A DNA stretch of 58,480 nucleotides, counting the filler, from Sphacelaria rigidula (taxonomy: Eukaryota): assembly GCA_964200075.2 (NCBI GenBank). It is 6 parts of 6 records of this genome, joined end to end, with 100 filler letters (N's around TTAATTAATTAA, not from the genome) between each part and the next. Parts side by side here need not be neighbours in the genome. Positions count along the whole stretch, not along the records: positions 9,766 to 19,429 come from CAXNAA020008004.1; positions 19,530 to 29,193 come from CAXNAA020008005.1; 4 more parts are not named here. The stretch is one strand, 5' to 3'. This document shows, in pieces, positions 12,120 to 23,510 of this stretch. How positions within the stretch are numbered: the stretch's first letter is position 1; every line of letters starts with the position of its first letter. The notes under the pieces are model-generated. The model had not been told where the DNA came from. It saw only the letters and a program-made list of their open reading frames with translations, and made no database searches. The position numbers and the translations under genes are program-made.

Positions 12120-12949
12120 GTATTTGCAATGAAAAAAGATCGGGCGTGTGGACAAACATTCGCAAACTTCATCTCGACTTGGTGCGATTGATTTTATCCT
12201 GTCTCGGAAGGATGGGTGACCGGTTGGTTCATTGTTGTTGTTGGTGTCTTCGCGTGAAAAACGGTTCCGATATGTGCGCAGTACCTTGTACTGAGTATCT
12301 GATGCGACGCTTTCCGTTGTCGCAGGCTAACTACCCCAAGGTAGGGTGAAAGAAAAACCATGAAATAAAAATTGGATCCAGAAAGAAAAAATTACACAGA
12401 CGCGATACAAACGATTGATTGGAGTCTTGATTGATGAATTTATTCCCGCACATTCACAGTACACCAATGGGCTGCGAATGCACCTGTGGTTATATTCCAG
12501 ACGTACGTTATCAGGTAGGTGCACGGAAACAGTCGTGGGAGGAAGGGCGGGCAAACGTAATATGGCATGCACAGTGATGCATGTACGCAAGATCGAGAAC
12601 ACAGAAGAGGAGATGAAGGGAAAGGAGGTAAAAGGAGAAGGAAGAAACGGAGGCAAGGGGTATGCCAGGCGAAGAAAATATATTCTGCCGGCCTTGAAAG
12701 GGATTAGTTTCTGCAAGGTTGTGTTTGTTCTGTAGGGTATCCCCACTTGATTTACTTTTTACCCCGATATCCTTTTTTTCCGAGTATTTACACTATCGAT
12801 AGTATGAAACAGGTGTTCTATTGGAAAATACCCTTCCGGAGCATACCGGAGTGCGGAGCAGGGCTCGATATCCTTCCGAATTGTACCGGAATGTTCGCTA
12901 CGCATTTCGGTACGGTTTAGTAAACCCCCCCTCCCCCCCCCTCCAAGCA

Positions 12950-13300
12950 ATGAAAGTAGAAATCATACAGTGGTAGAATATGAACTATGCAAGCAGGAGC
13001 GGGATATGTGAAGGGGAGAAATATGGGAAGTAAACCAAGGTGACATGAAAACATGTCATGGATGAGACAGTGTCGAGGAAACGATCGCTATACTAGGAGA
13101 TGAATGGTGGCCACAAACGGCGAATCTGAAAAGGGGATACAATATGTGAAAGGTTTTTGTGTAATGTATGGAAGAAACATAACGGGCACCCAAATGTTGG
13201 AGATTTTCTCTATTAGGAGTAGGAACGGTGCTCCGTCTCGAACGAGGTGCGTAGTCAATGGTTAAACGACTAAGACAAGCAACAAATAAGTACGTCCCCC
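12950..13300 (+). mobile_element. Non-LTR retrotransposon (LINE) 3' fragment, decayed
   Basis: Degenerate ORF2-like C-terminus (ESRNHTVVE...ETIAILGD..W.QTA...FLCNVWKK...RSRNGAPSR...TKTSNK*). Inverted copy at about 47095-47330 and a short copy at about 4940-4992. Confidence 0.65.
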
Positions 13301-13361
13301 CTGCCCCCTCTCCCCCTTTTTGACATTTTTCTTGATCTCGTTGCTTTTTTTTTTTCTTCAG

Positions 13362-13519
13362 GAGGAAAAAGTGCGCATACGTAAAGCACGCAGGGCGAAG
13401 CTAGGAGAGGATCTCCTTTCCGTCTCCAGCGATGTCCCCTTCCAGTTCCCCCCGACCTTCACCTTTGTCTTCCGGGCGTTCACGTCTCTCGACGGTATCG
13501 GCAAGGGCTTGGATTCCAA
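13362..13519 (+). CDS. ABC1/UbiB kinase, internal exon
   Basis: T-tract plus cag, then [52 protein letters not shown] with a gtgagg donor. The [26 protein letters not shown] motif is typical of ABC1K7/8. Confidence 0.92.
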
Positions 13520-13739
13520 GTGAGGTGTACACGATTTCAGAGAAACCCTACCAGTCAATTCCACTAGGATATACCCGGATTCTTGAGCTTAAGGTTTTTC
13601 CGCGTAAGCTCTTTGACGGCCGGTGTGAGTTATGCGAGTCTTGGATTCATTTCTCGAGGTAAAGTGATGCCGATCTGGCCAACAACTCCTGCTCGCATCT
13701 AAGAATTATTTTTCTCATTTTTTTATTCAAAATTTCACA

Positions 13740-13895
13740 CCTGCCCCCCCCCCCCCCCCCCCCCCCCCGCCCGCCCCCCCCCCCCGCCCCCCCCCCCCCC
13801 GNNNNNNNNCACATCTCGCGCGCGCCTCAGAGTTTTTTTTTTCTCTTTTTTTTTTTCAAATTTTCACCCCCCCCCCCCCCCCCTCCCCGCGTGCG

Positions 13896-13942
<47 letters not shown>
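13740..13942. repeat. Poly-C tracts, 8-N gap and (CA)n microsatellite; likely a locally unreliable assembly
   Basis: Homopolymer runs and a duplicated motif on both sides of the Ns at 13802-13809. Confidence 0.8.
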
Positions 13943-13944
<2 letters not shown>

Positions 13945-15964
13945 CCAAGGGTCTGGTGAATTATGATCCGTCTGGAAGTTACTTGATCTTACTGTAATCG
14001 ATTAGTACGCCACGAATCAATTCATGGGCTTTGTATTTAGCGTTGCACCTCAGGTACACACACCCCGCGAAAGTGGAATAATAGCGAGAAAACGGCAAAG
14101 AGTCTTCACCTGCCGTCATTTGCTTTCTCTCTCTGCCGAGCAATCAGGTCTTGAAAACCGTAGGTTTGGTGATTTGAGCAAACGGTAATTGCTACAGCCC
14201 TTGCATATTTCTATACGAGGAATGTATCATGAACGCTGTGCGCTTATTTTTCTATCCGCCGCTCTACTTTAATGGCGAGGATTTGAGAATTGTGGGTGTC
14301 TGGTAAGTCGGGCGTTGCTGATGTTGAATTGGCTTCAAACTGTAGACCGGAAAATAATAGCTTACTTTTTTTTCTGAAAGCTCTTCCGCGTTACCGTTCC
14401 GGGCGTGGGTAAAAACATGAGGTCGTGAAGTCCCGAACACGGATCCGGGGCAAACGCAAAACGAGTGGAATGAAGAAGGAACAAATACGACTCGTTTCGG
14501 AGCATTTTCTTCAAGCATTGTTTTACATACGTGCCATGATCCAAAATCGTTGAATTTTTGAGTTACAGAGCACCGAGCGTTATTGGAGTCGGAAACGAGG
14601 CCACTTTGTTCCCGATCACTCAAGGCATTCCTAGGCATGATTTTGGGAGAACACTCATGGATCTCGTGTTCCAGCGGCGAAGGAGTAGAGGGATTAGCGC
14701 TGTGCCTAGTGAAGGCTTGATTGACCTCTGTGTCGGAGAGGTTGGAGGTAGAAACTCGGACCGCTGACCTACCTGCGTCATCAAATGTTGATTTCTACAT
14801 TTCGACACGTGTGGTCGAAATTCAGGTCAACAATCGAATGCGCACTCGGTGGTGCATTTTTTGTTGTTGTATCATGGAAGCGATTAATTTCAGAAAGATG
14901 TCGCGTTTGTATCACAATCGATAATGTTTACTGTGTGAATTTACTCGGAATGGGGGGTAGATTTTAAACAGAGAAGACAACCATGTTTATGGTAAGCATC
15001 CAGAGCGTAGGCAGGAGTTGCCCTTGCTTGGTAGCTGCACGATTTTTCAAACATTGGAGAGTGACCACTTTTACGCGTCGAAAACGGGACGGCAATATTG
15101 TGATTATTCCTCGCCCTGGACAAAAGACGTCAACAATGATCAATTGCTGCCAGAATAGGTCAGGGGGTGCTAGAATTTCGAGTACCTCTATCGGTTTCCG
15201 CTGCAAGTGACAATGTACTTGGAAACGTTCGTATCAATATTCATCTTCAGCGGCAATAGTTTTTGGAATTTTCATTGATATGCATTGTCCGTGCAAATAG
15301 ATTAAAAAAAAAAAATGTATCGACACGCATGCTCAGCGGCAATACGTTTTTCAAAGTTGTATCCATATACATGATGGGTGGCAATATATTTTGGAAAATT
15401 TCTTCGATGTACGTGTTCAGTGACATAGATTTTGGAGATTTTGGAATCTTCCATCGACAGTTCATGGTCAATGCCAATAGTTTCCAAGGGGTTTCCGTCG
15501 ACGTACACTGCGGTAGACAGAAGATTTGAGAATTCGTACACGATAGTCCACGGCCATGACATGATGATATGTTTCGAGACATTCGGTGACCATTGCTGAC
15601 TGGGATAGATTTCGAGTTGTGGTCACTGATGGCATTGGCTGAGCGCTAGCGTGATATGTTGTGTGTCGATTGCCATTACCAGGGACAACAAGCCGTCTAT
15701 TGCGGTAGGACTTGATCGATATCCAGCGTTTTTCACCAGTGAAGAATCGTCGCAGCGATACCACCTGTTCCGAAAAGTCTGTCTCCTTTCTCCACACAAT
15801 TGAAAGATAACAGCCGGGTTTGCTTTCCCCACCTACGACGAGAACTCGAATGTAGTGGACGCGTAGTTCCCTGGACACGTGCTGCGCATCCCTCTATGGA
15901 TCTCTCATTGATTTGAATCGAAAGTACTACCCCATCAGGATTTCACCACCACTTCACTACAGTA

Positions 15965-16284
15965 TTTGCCTCTCTTTCTCTCTTTCTTTTTACCCCCCAC
16001 ACTTCGAATCCCTCCTCTTCCTCAGGATGAGTTCGTGGTCTTAGGGGATCAACCCATCTTTCCCCCGGTACGTGCCTTTTATTTTGGTCTCGCGGATTGG
16101 ATCAGCATTCCCGCACCGCGTCAACTCACGTCACACAAACCCAATCGACTGCGTCGTACTGACGTTCTCGCGCTTTCCACGGTGGAAATCGTGCGTTACG
16201 GAGAAAAAAACCAACGCATCGGGAATCGAACCCCCGTTCTCTCCACCCTAATGGTGACAGTCGGACCATTACACCACCGGGGCG
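15965..16284 (-). mobile_element. tRNA-derived SINE (family 1)
   Basis: The minus strand starts cgccccggTGGTGTAATGG (A box), followed by GGTTCGATTCC (B box) and a purine-rich tail. Homologues at about 26975-27262 (-), 25828-25920 (+, 3' part) and 28790-28857 (-, head only). Confidence 0.8.
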
Positions 16285-16794
16285 CGGTTCTGTGTGTTGC
16301 ATCTCAAGTACAGCCCTTACTTTCCATTCACAATGAGATTGGGCACCAGCACACTGCTTATGAGGATCAGACAAGTTCCAACAAGCTAGTAAACTACTGC
16401 CCCGTTTCCGCCCGCACACGAGAAGTGTCGGCGCTCGGGCTCGAAGTAGAGGTTCAACACCACTGCGATTGCGAGCCCGAAACGAATTGGCGACGCAGAA
16501 ATCACGCTCCGTTGCACACGCGGAAGAAGGAGCACCAAACACAGCCTGCACCAGGGATTGAAGAATGCGTGCGTGCTCTTGGCCGTGAGTCCGCCGATAC
16601 TCAACACCTCCCAGTTTCCTCTTCTCCCCTAATCTGTAACCCGGAGCAACAAAAAAATAATCGTATTGAACGCAGGGAAGGGGGGGTACGGCTCGCCAGC
16701 TACCTCCACTACTGCATCCCTACATTTCTACTGCATTCTCGCTATGATCAAAGTCCGCTCAATTGGTATGCAGTATCAATTACACGATATTCCA

Positions 16795-17070
16795 GCCGTG
16801 ACTCAACAACCAAACCCAGCTCTTTGCTCTCACACACAGCAGAACATGTGGCAACAGAGAAGTCTGGCATGTCATCACTGCGCACCTACATGTCAGTCCA
16901 AAAACTCCTACCCCCGAATGCCACAATACGTAGTACAGTAGCAGCCTTGGGTTGGAATTTTTGGACTGACATGTAGGTGCGCAGTGATGACATACCAGAC
17001 TTGTCTGTTGCCACATGTCCTGCTGTGTGTTCGGGTAAAGAGCTGGGTTTAGTTGTAGATTCAGGGCCGG
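16795..17070. repeat. Long hairpin: ~120-bp arms, ~35-nt loop
   Basis: About 16795-16913 pairs with about 16949-17070 (mirror ORFs MWQQRSLACHHCAPTCQSKNS / MWQQTSLVCHHCAPTCQSKNS). Confidence 0.9.
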
Positions 17071-17481
17071 GTAGGAGAGTAGCTACCTAAGGAAGTACAC
17101 ATGACGGGGCAATGGTGATTTTTCGTGTTTTGACGACGATGCGTGGAGATGTTGAGGGAGCACGAACAGACACGAACAGTCCTGATGCATGGTGTCAAGT
17201 GTTTCTTCTCAATGGCGAGGAGTCAAAGAACGGAAAGGTGCAACGCAGAAAATATCGATACATCGCAACACACGACACTCCTCGGTGTTTCTCCACGCCT
17301 TGATGAGGTCCTCGGCTGCTTTCGCACGAGCGATCTCGGGGGCGCTCGCGGCTTCCACCTCTCCATCGCTGCTGGAGTCCATGATGCCCTCCGTGGCGGA
17401 CTCCTCTTGCCGTGGATTGGCAGCGGCGTCGGTGGCGGTTTTCAATAGCTTCACCGCTCGTCACTCGACCTCTACCACGAC

Positions 17482-17838
17482 GGGAGTCGTCTTCGGCCTA
17501 GCTCTGCTTTTTCTCGATCGCTCTCGTGAGGAGATTCTTGACTTGGCCGATAATTACTTCTTGCACGTCCTCGACTGACTTTGGTGAACGTTCCTAGCAT
17601 TCCGACGGTCGGAGCCTTGAGCTTCTCCAGGTATTTCAGACCACGCCCTCCCGGAGTAAGGAACATGGCCATGCCATACTTATGGCTGTCTAGGCGAACT
17701 CGAGGCTTCGATGGTCGGGAGACTAGGGGGGTTAATGAATGTCAGTCGAGGATGTGAATAAAGTGATTGTCGGCCAAGTCAAGCATCTTCCCACGAAAGC
17801 GATCGAGAAAAGCAGAGCTAGGCCGAAGCCGACTCCTG
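17482..17838. repeat. Inverted repeat with ~100-bp arms
   Basis: cttcggcctagctctgcttttctcgatcgct...tcctcgactgac (about 17482-17579) pairs with gtcagtcgagga...agcgatcgagaaaagcagagctaggccgaag (about 17741-17838). Confidence 0.85.
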
Positions 17839-18244
17839 TCGCTGTAGCATCAGGCCTTCCCCCTCACGGAGTAATACAAACAGTCTAGCCACGCCCTGAG
17901 CATACGCTGCGCGGGTGACTCTCGCGACCTCCGTCAAGGCGGCGGGGGGTCGGAACTTACGCGGATCCACGTTACCCTGGTCCTGCCCGACTGCCCGCAC
18001 ATGTATCACCCTGAGCGAACGGTTCGGCTTGAGAACGATGATCGCGAGTAGAAACAAGCGGTTCAGTCACCATGCGCAGGTGGTTTATACGTGGTTTGGC
18101 TGTAGGTAGATCGATGGTCACCAGTAGAGCCACGTGTTGCAATTCACCCTGCGCAGTTGATGTGTACGTGGTTTGGCCGTAGACGATTACTCCTTTCACC
18201 TCGTTGATGATGGGGTGCAACTGCTCCACCTGACAACAAATTAA

Positions 18245-18709
18245 CCCTTTTGGCACCGGCGATGGAAAAGTGTGGAATTAGAGGTGCTGCTTTCTGAACG
18301 ATCGATGGTTGAGTTTCTGCAGCTTTCACGCAAAACTATTAGCCCGAGGCGGATTTTTCAGACCCGTGTAAAAGTGCGCCACAGTCGCAGCACGTGACTC
18401 AGTATATAGAAAATAAATGGGCGGTGTCGATTTCTGTTTTTATAGAGTTCAGGCACGCAAGTGCTAATTTTGGCTGTGTGCACAAAGTTGAACACACTTG
18501 ACTCATTGCGTCCCCTTATAAAGTTCATCCGACCGCACCGAGATGGCATTTCTGGTGCCCGCGTGACGTATGCTGGTGGATTCTTCTGCGGCCTTCTGCC
18601 GTGAAAATGGTTGCCGTCGGCCTTTTTTCTTTCCTTTTTTTCTCCGTTGTCAGGGCTTGAAATAATGAGGCGCCTGACCCAGGGACGGGAGGGGAGGGTT
18701 CCCAAAGGG
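18245..18709. mobile_element. piggyBac-like non-autonomous element
   Basis: TTAA|CCCTTTTGGCACC at the left end and GGTTCCCAAAGGG|TTGA at the right end. A related terminus ccggtcccaaaagggtta lies at about 20403-20420. Confidence 0.55.
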
Positions 18710-19330
18710 TTGACGTGATTGCGAATGCCGCATCCTTCTCCCTTCGCTCCAGACATTATTTTTGTTTTCTTCGAGCGTCGCTGAACACCTACATGTGTCC
18801 GCCCATCATTCATGTGGCGTTGTCAGGTACAGGAGTTCCGCAATGATCAACGACGTGAAACGAGTAATCGTCTACAGCCAAACCACGTGCATATCAACTG
18901 CGCAGGGCGAACTGCAACGCCTGGTTCTGCTCGAGACCATCGTTCTCGAGCTCGACCGTTCGCTCAGGGTGATGCATATGCGGGCAGTCGGGAGGACCAG
19001 GACTAAGGCTTTTCCTCTCTCGGAAGACACCCTGCTGCTACTGCCCCAGCTGGTACAGAACCATGTGGGCAGAGGGGCTCGGAGACGAGTAGGAGGTCTC
19101 TCAAGTGCTCTGAAAGGTGATATGGCGCTCATTTTGGCTCACGGACAGCAATGTATGGCCATCATATATGACGGCAGTATGGTGCTACGTACATTCCATG
19201 CTAAGGTGACACATATAAAGGATGGCCCATCATGCTCCATGTCTGGAGATCTGTGCTTCGCATGCTCGATATATGTAGGCCTTCGTACCAGCACGCTAGA
19301 TGGCCCTCCTGGTAATATGATGATCACGAA

Positions 19331-19429
19331 GAGAGAAGGCCATATAGGCCTAACGTAGAGCTGATAGATTGGCTGAACAGTTTGGGGGGGCCTTTCTAGC
19401 TCTACGTTAGGCCTATATGCCCGTCTCTC
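19331..19429. repeat. Short hairpin / mini-MITE at the contig end
   Basis: gagagaaggccatataggcctaacgtagagct pairs with agctctacgttaggcctatatgcccgtctctc. Confidence 0.8.
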
Positions 19430-19529
19430 NNNNNNNNNNNNNNNNNNNNNNNNNNNNNNNNNNNNNNNNNNNNTTAATTAATTAANNNNNNNNNNNNNNN
19501 NNNNNNNNNNNNNNNNNNNNNNNNNNNNN
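19430..19529. other. Artificial contig spacer
   Basis: N44-TTAATTAATTAA-N44. Confidence 0.99.
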
Positions 19530-20799
19530 CTGAAAATCCGTGTATGTAACCGCAGGGTTATGACAAAGACCGAAAGTTCCAATCTATTTTCAGGTGCAGG
19601 ATATGCATTAGGTGGTGTACATCTAATGTAGCACGCAGTATGCGTCGTGGTAAAGAGCTTCCAACAGCATGCGACGCCCGGCGGGCCGCCCGCCACTTGT
19701 GGCTTTGGATGATACTTTTGTCCCCATCACCTTGCCACACAGCCCTTTGTAGTCGGGGTGGGCAGCTATTTCCCACCTTGTTGCGTGCGGAAAATTCTCT
19801 TCCAACGGTATTAGCGTTGCGGCGCGCATGCATACTCCCCTGCACGTTCTGGGCAATTCTCAGCTACCGAATCAGCTGCCTATGCACAGCTTTGTCATCC
19901 CCGTCCACAACATACATGTGGACTGCACACTGCAAGTCATCCGCAGAGAGATATGCAGAATTCATGACGGCAGCTCCTTTTGTCTTCCCACAGCCCACCT
20001 GGATCTTGTGCCTCGTGAAAATGACCACATGGTGGCATGTACATTGCTTCCCGTTTTTTTCCGGCCCACCCTGTGTTAGTGTAAATTACCACGTTTTAGT
20101 ATAGAATTGAGACCCAAAAAACACTCCGGAAAAACTCGGGAACGGTATATGTATACTGAGTGCAAGTAATACCATAAAACCAAGCCGCGACCATTCTGCA
20201 CTTGAAAACCTGGAGAGGCTTATTTGGGCCAGGGACAGGGCCCCCACACGATATTTGCAGTAGCATCACACTCGACAACAATCCTTGCGCTGGTCGTTCG
20301 GGTCTGGTCGATAATTTTCGCCTCGCCGTGATTGGGCAGGTCGCTCGAAGACTTTTTATTATTATTTCACTAGCACAGGGTCAACCCTGTGTTAGTGGGG
20401 GTCCGGTCCCAAAAGGGTTATTGACAGTACCGTGTCGGAGGGTGCGTGGAGTATGAGCCCCTCCAAGTGACACACCGGGCGATTCGCTAGGTTTTGGACC
20501 CCGACAGCGAATGACGTCAAGGTAGCAGCACTGTGTGATGTACATGCTATCATTGATGAGGTACAGAAAATGTTTGTTCGTTCACGTTTCTCTTTCCCAC
20601 CTTACCCTGGTTGTCCTCTCTTCTTTTTTCTTTTTTTTGCATTCCATCATTTTTCTCGAAGTTCTCCTCGAGCAGCAAAAATTGCGGCGAACCACGGCTG
20701 GATCCCTCCGAAAATACGTAGTACGTGCGAAGATCAATCGACCACTAAATAAATGGATCAAGCCATGAGAGCTTTGACGACAAAGGGGATGCAAACACT

Positions 20800-21060
20800 T
20801 CACGGTTCGGACGAATCGTCGCCGGTTCGAATCACCAAATCCACGATCCTTCAGGCCTGATTGCTCGAAAGAGAGTGAAAAGTCGACCGATGGTCAAAAA
20901 GGTTCTCACGCAATTTTTGCGCCATTCCACGTGCCTGGAGTGCGCATACCTGGGTTGCAACGCTAAAAACAAAGCCCAAGGAGTGATTCGTACGGTACGA
21001 ATCAATGACAATAAAATCAAGTAATTTCCAGACGAGTCATGTATTCGTCCTACCCGTGAA
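20800..21060. mobile_element. MITE, ~260 bp, 18-bp imperfect TIRs
   Basis: ttcacggttcggacgaat ... attcgtcctacccgtgaa (16/18 match). Homologous to 11117-11379. Confidence 0.8.
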
Positions 21061-22730
21061 ACGGTTTCATCAGTTTGCCTTGCTGCTGGACTCACGTGTA
21101 TCTCGGCTAGAACACAGCCATTCTCCATCTTCACCTCAGGAAGAGCCCACATCAGCTGGAGCGGAAATCTGCCGGTATCCAAGTCCAGCATTACCTAACA
21201 AGTACGAGAGTTGAAAGAAAAAAAAACGAGGAGTGAAAAGTGTAATCGCGCAACGATTGAGTTTCAAACTCCCCATAAGGCCGGAAAACGTGTGTTCGAT
21301 TACCACCAGATGCCCCCAGTATCTGATTCCCTTGGGTGAAAGCGTGAGGACGTGCCTGAGGACGTACGTGAGGACGTACGTGAGTATCAGACATACTTGG
21401 ATTTACTGAGATTGCTACGATGAATGATTATCTCACATTAGCTGATTGCAACAATCCAGCCCGTTGTCAGGAGCAGCAAAAAAAAAAAACAGAAACAAAC
21501 AAACAACAGAAATAACAGCCATAGAAAGGAAAGAACACGATAGACGAGAGTCGACCCGGCGCGGCAGTGCTGGTGAATCATGATCCAATCCGCAATATCA
21601 AAACGCAAGGCGGTACCGGGGAAGAGATAGATGGATTCATCCCCTGAGACCACCGACTAGTCCCCAGAAGGGGAGGGATTTTGATTAAGATTTTGTTTTC
21701 AATAGTAGTTAGCATTGATCTCTGAATACCGGATTCGCCATGAAGAATTATCAGTAAAAGCGCGACCAAGAAAATAAGAGGGTATGGTAGCACAAGTGTC
21801 ACCAGGCCATACCTGACGCGAGCCTGTGCAGTATTGAAGGTTTGCAGTCTTCTTGTGACTATGGCCATGCCCGTGGTATTGCCTCTCCGTTGAGCTTGTG
21901 CGTACCCTCCACGAGGTAGGCTGCAGCTCGATAACCAGCGGAGGTTTTGGTGCGTCCTGCGTCATAATCCATCAAAGATGGGGAGGGGGGGGGAGAAACA
22001 ATCTTAATTACAAAGCAGTCATCGCCATGGATATTCCCCTTCCATCAATGAAACGAACCAAACGGGCTAGTGGTAAACAAAAACCTTAAGGTGTGGGTAC
22101 ATACTCAGAAAAATAAAAAAAAATAAACAAAAAAAACAAATCAAAACAAAACCAAATAAAACAATCTACATTTATTTTCACGTATGTTAAGTCCATACAA
22201 AATGATACACCAAAACGTCAAAAGTCAACACTATTTTTTGGGTCATGTCCTAGAAAAGGTGTACCTTCTCGCATTTTGCATACGAAAGATACGAAAGATG
22301 ACCACAAACGCGAAAACAGCAAAACACAACAATCTAACAGATGCCACCCCGATTTTTACACGTACAGCAACCGGGGGGCTCCTTAGCACCCGAGCCTCGA
22401 AAAAAATCCAGTAAAAACATGTTACTCGCGAGATATGGACATGCGCAATAGGAAGTCTCGCCTCCAGAAACCACTTCCCCTTTCTCGGCCACGTTTCGGC
22501 CAGGTATACCTGATCTAGGAATTCTGTTTCAATCGTACCTTCTCTGGGCCACCACTCGGTCCAGAAAGTACCTGTCCTGGGCCATCGCTTCCCACACTGT
22601 ACCCGATGCGGCACAATGCGCGCAAGGGAATCTACGCGCCAACTCTAACCATGGGGTCCACACATTTGGCTCTTTTCCCCGCCCATTTGCCGTTCACGTG
22701 AAATTGATGCCGATTCAACAGTGCAAGAGC

Positions 22731-22917
22731 GGGTCAAGTAGAGTAGACTCAATTGCGGGGTATTTTGAAAGTCATACTTGAAGTACTTAAATTGGGGGTA
22801 GGGTTTTAGGGATCGCTTTCCAGTTATATTTTGGGTACGACTCCCAAACCTCTACCCTAATTGACCACAAGTACGTCTTTCAAGATACCCCGCAATTGAG
22901 TATACTCTACTCGACCT
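22731..22917. mobile_element. Nested MITE with ~50-bp TIRs
   Basis: ggtcaagtagagtagactcaattgcggggtattttgaaag pairs with ctttcaagataccccgcaattgagtatactctactcgacc. Confidence 0.8.
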
Positions 22918-23139
22918 ACCCTTGGGAGACCAACCTCGCGGTCCAAGGGTTGACCCCTACACCGCGGTGCGGATAGTCCATCTGGATCACGCATACTTTT
23001 TTCAAGTGAAAATTGATACCGATTCAGCAGGTGACCTACCCTCGCGGTCTAAGGGTGAACACCACAACCATTAAAGCTGTTGGGACCGGATTCCCCACAA
23101 CGGTATGTTCATGGCACTTTCCCCCGCGTTTCCCCCCCG

Positions 23140-23329
23140 ATCGATTGATTGATTGATCGATCGATTGATTACTTCACATTAGCTGGTTGCAACAATCCAG
23201 CCCATGGTCAGGAGCAGCAAAAAATATAGCAGAAAAATAATTAAAAAAATAAAATAAAGAAAGGAACAGAAAACGATAGAAGCAACAACGGCTCAGAAAG
23301 GAAAGAAAGGGGGCAGCGATAACAACAAA

Positions 23330-23383
<54 letters not shown>

Positions 23384-23510
23384 GCAACAACAGCAACGAC
23401 AACAAAGTGACGACAAACACGTACACAAACACGTACACCAACACAAGCACGAACAACAAAGAAAAGATATGATCGCGCATTACGTAGCTGATTGCAACAC
23501 TCCAGCTCGT
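23140..23510 (-). repeat. (CAAT)n-tailed retroposon end (family B) containing an (AAC)n microsatellite
   Basis: Core cacattagctg(a/g)ttgcaacaatccagccc. Copies at about 21420-21520 (-) and 24415-24627 (+). (AAC)n at about 23331-23381. Confidence 0.75.

Noticed and set aside
14630..14760. Next ABC1K exon after 13519
   Set aside because: The translation (HDFGRTLMDLVF...) lacks the expected Y/FDxxxxAxPY continuation.
16210..16284. tRNA gene (likewise 28790-28857, 30114-30190 and 35415-35480)
   Set aside because: A/B boxes are present but no cloverleaf can be closed, and most continue into a shared repeat body. These are SINE heads.
15966..16976. 336-aa ORF
   Set aside because: It runs antisense through a SINE and into a hairpin, has no coding bias or motif, and is best explained as a chance ORF.
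21343..21384. 12-bp tandem repeat cgtgaggacgta (also the 9-bp tagatcgat repeat at about 26704-26740)
   Set aside because: These are ordinary short minisatellites with no further structure.
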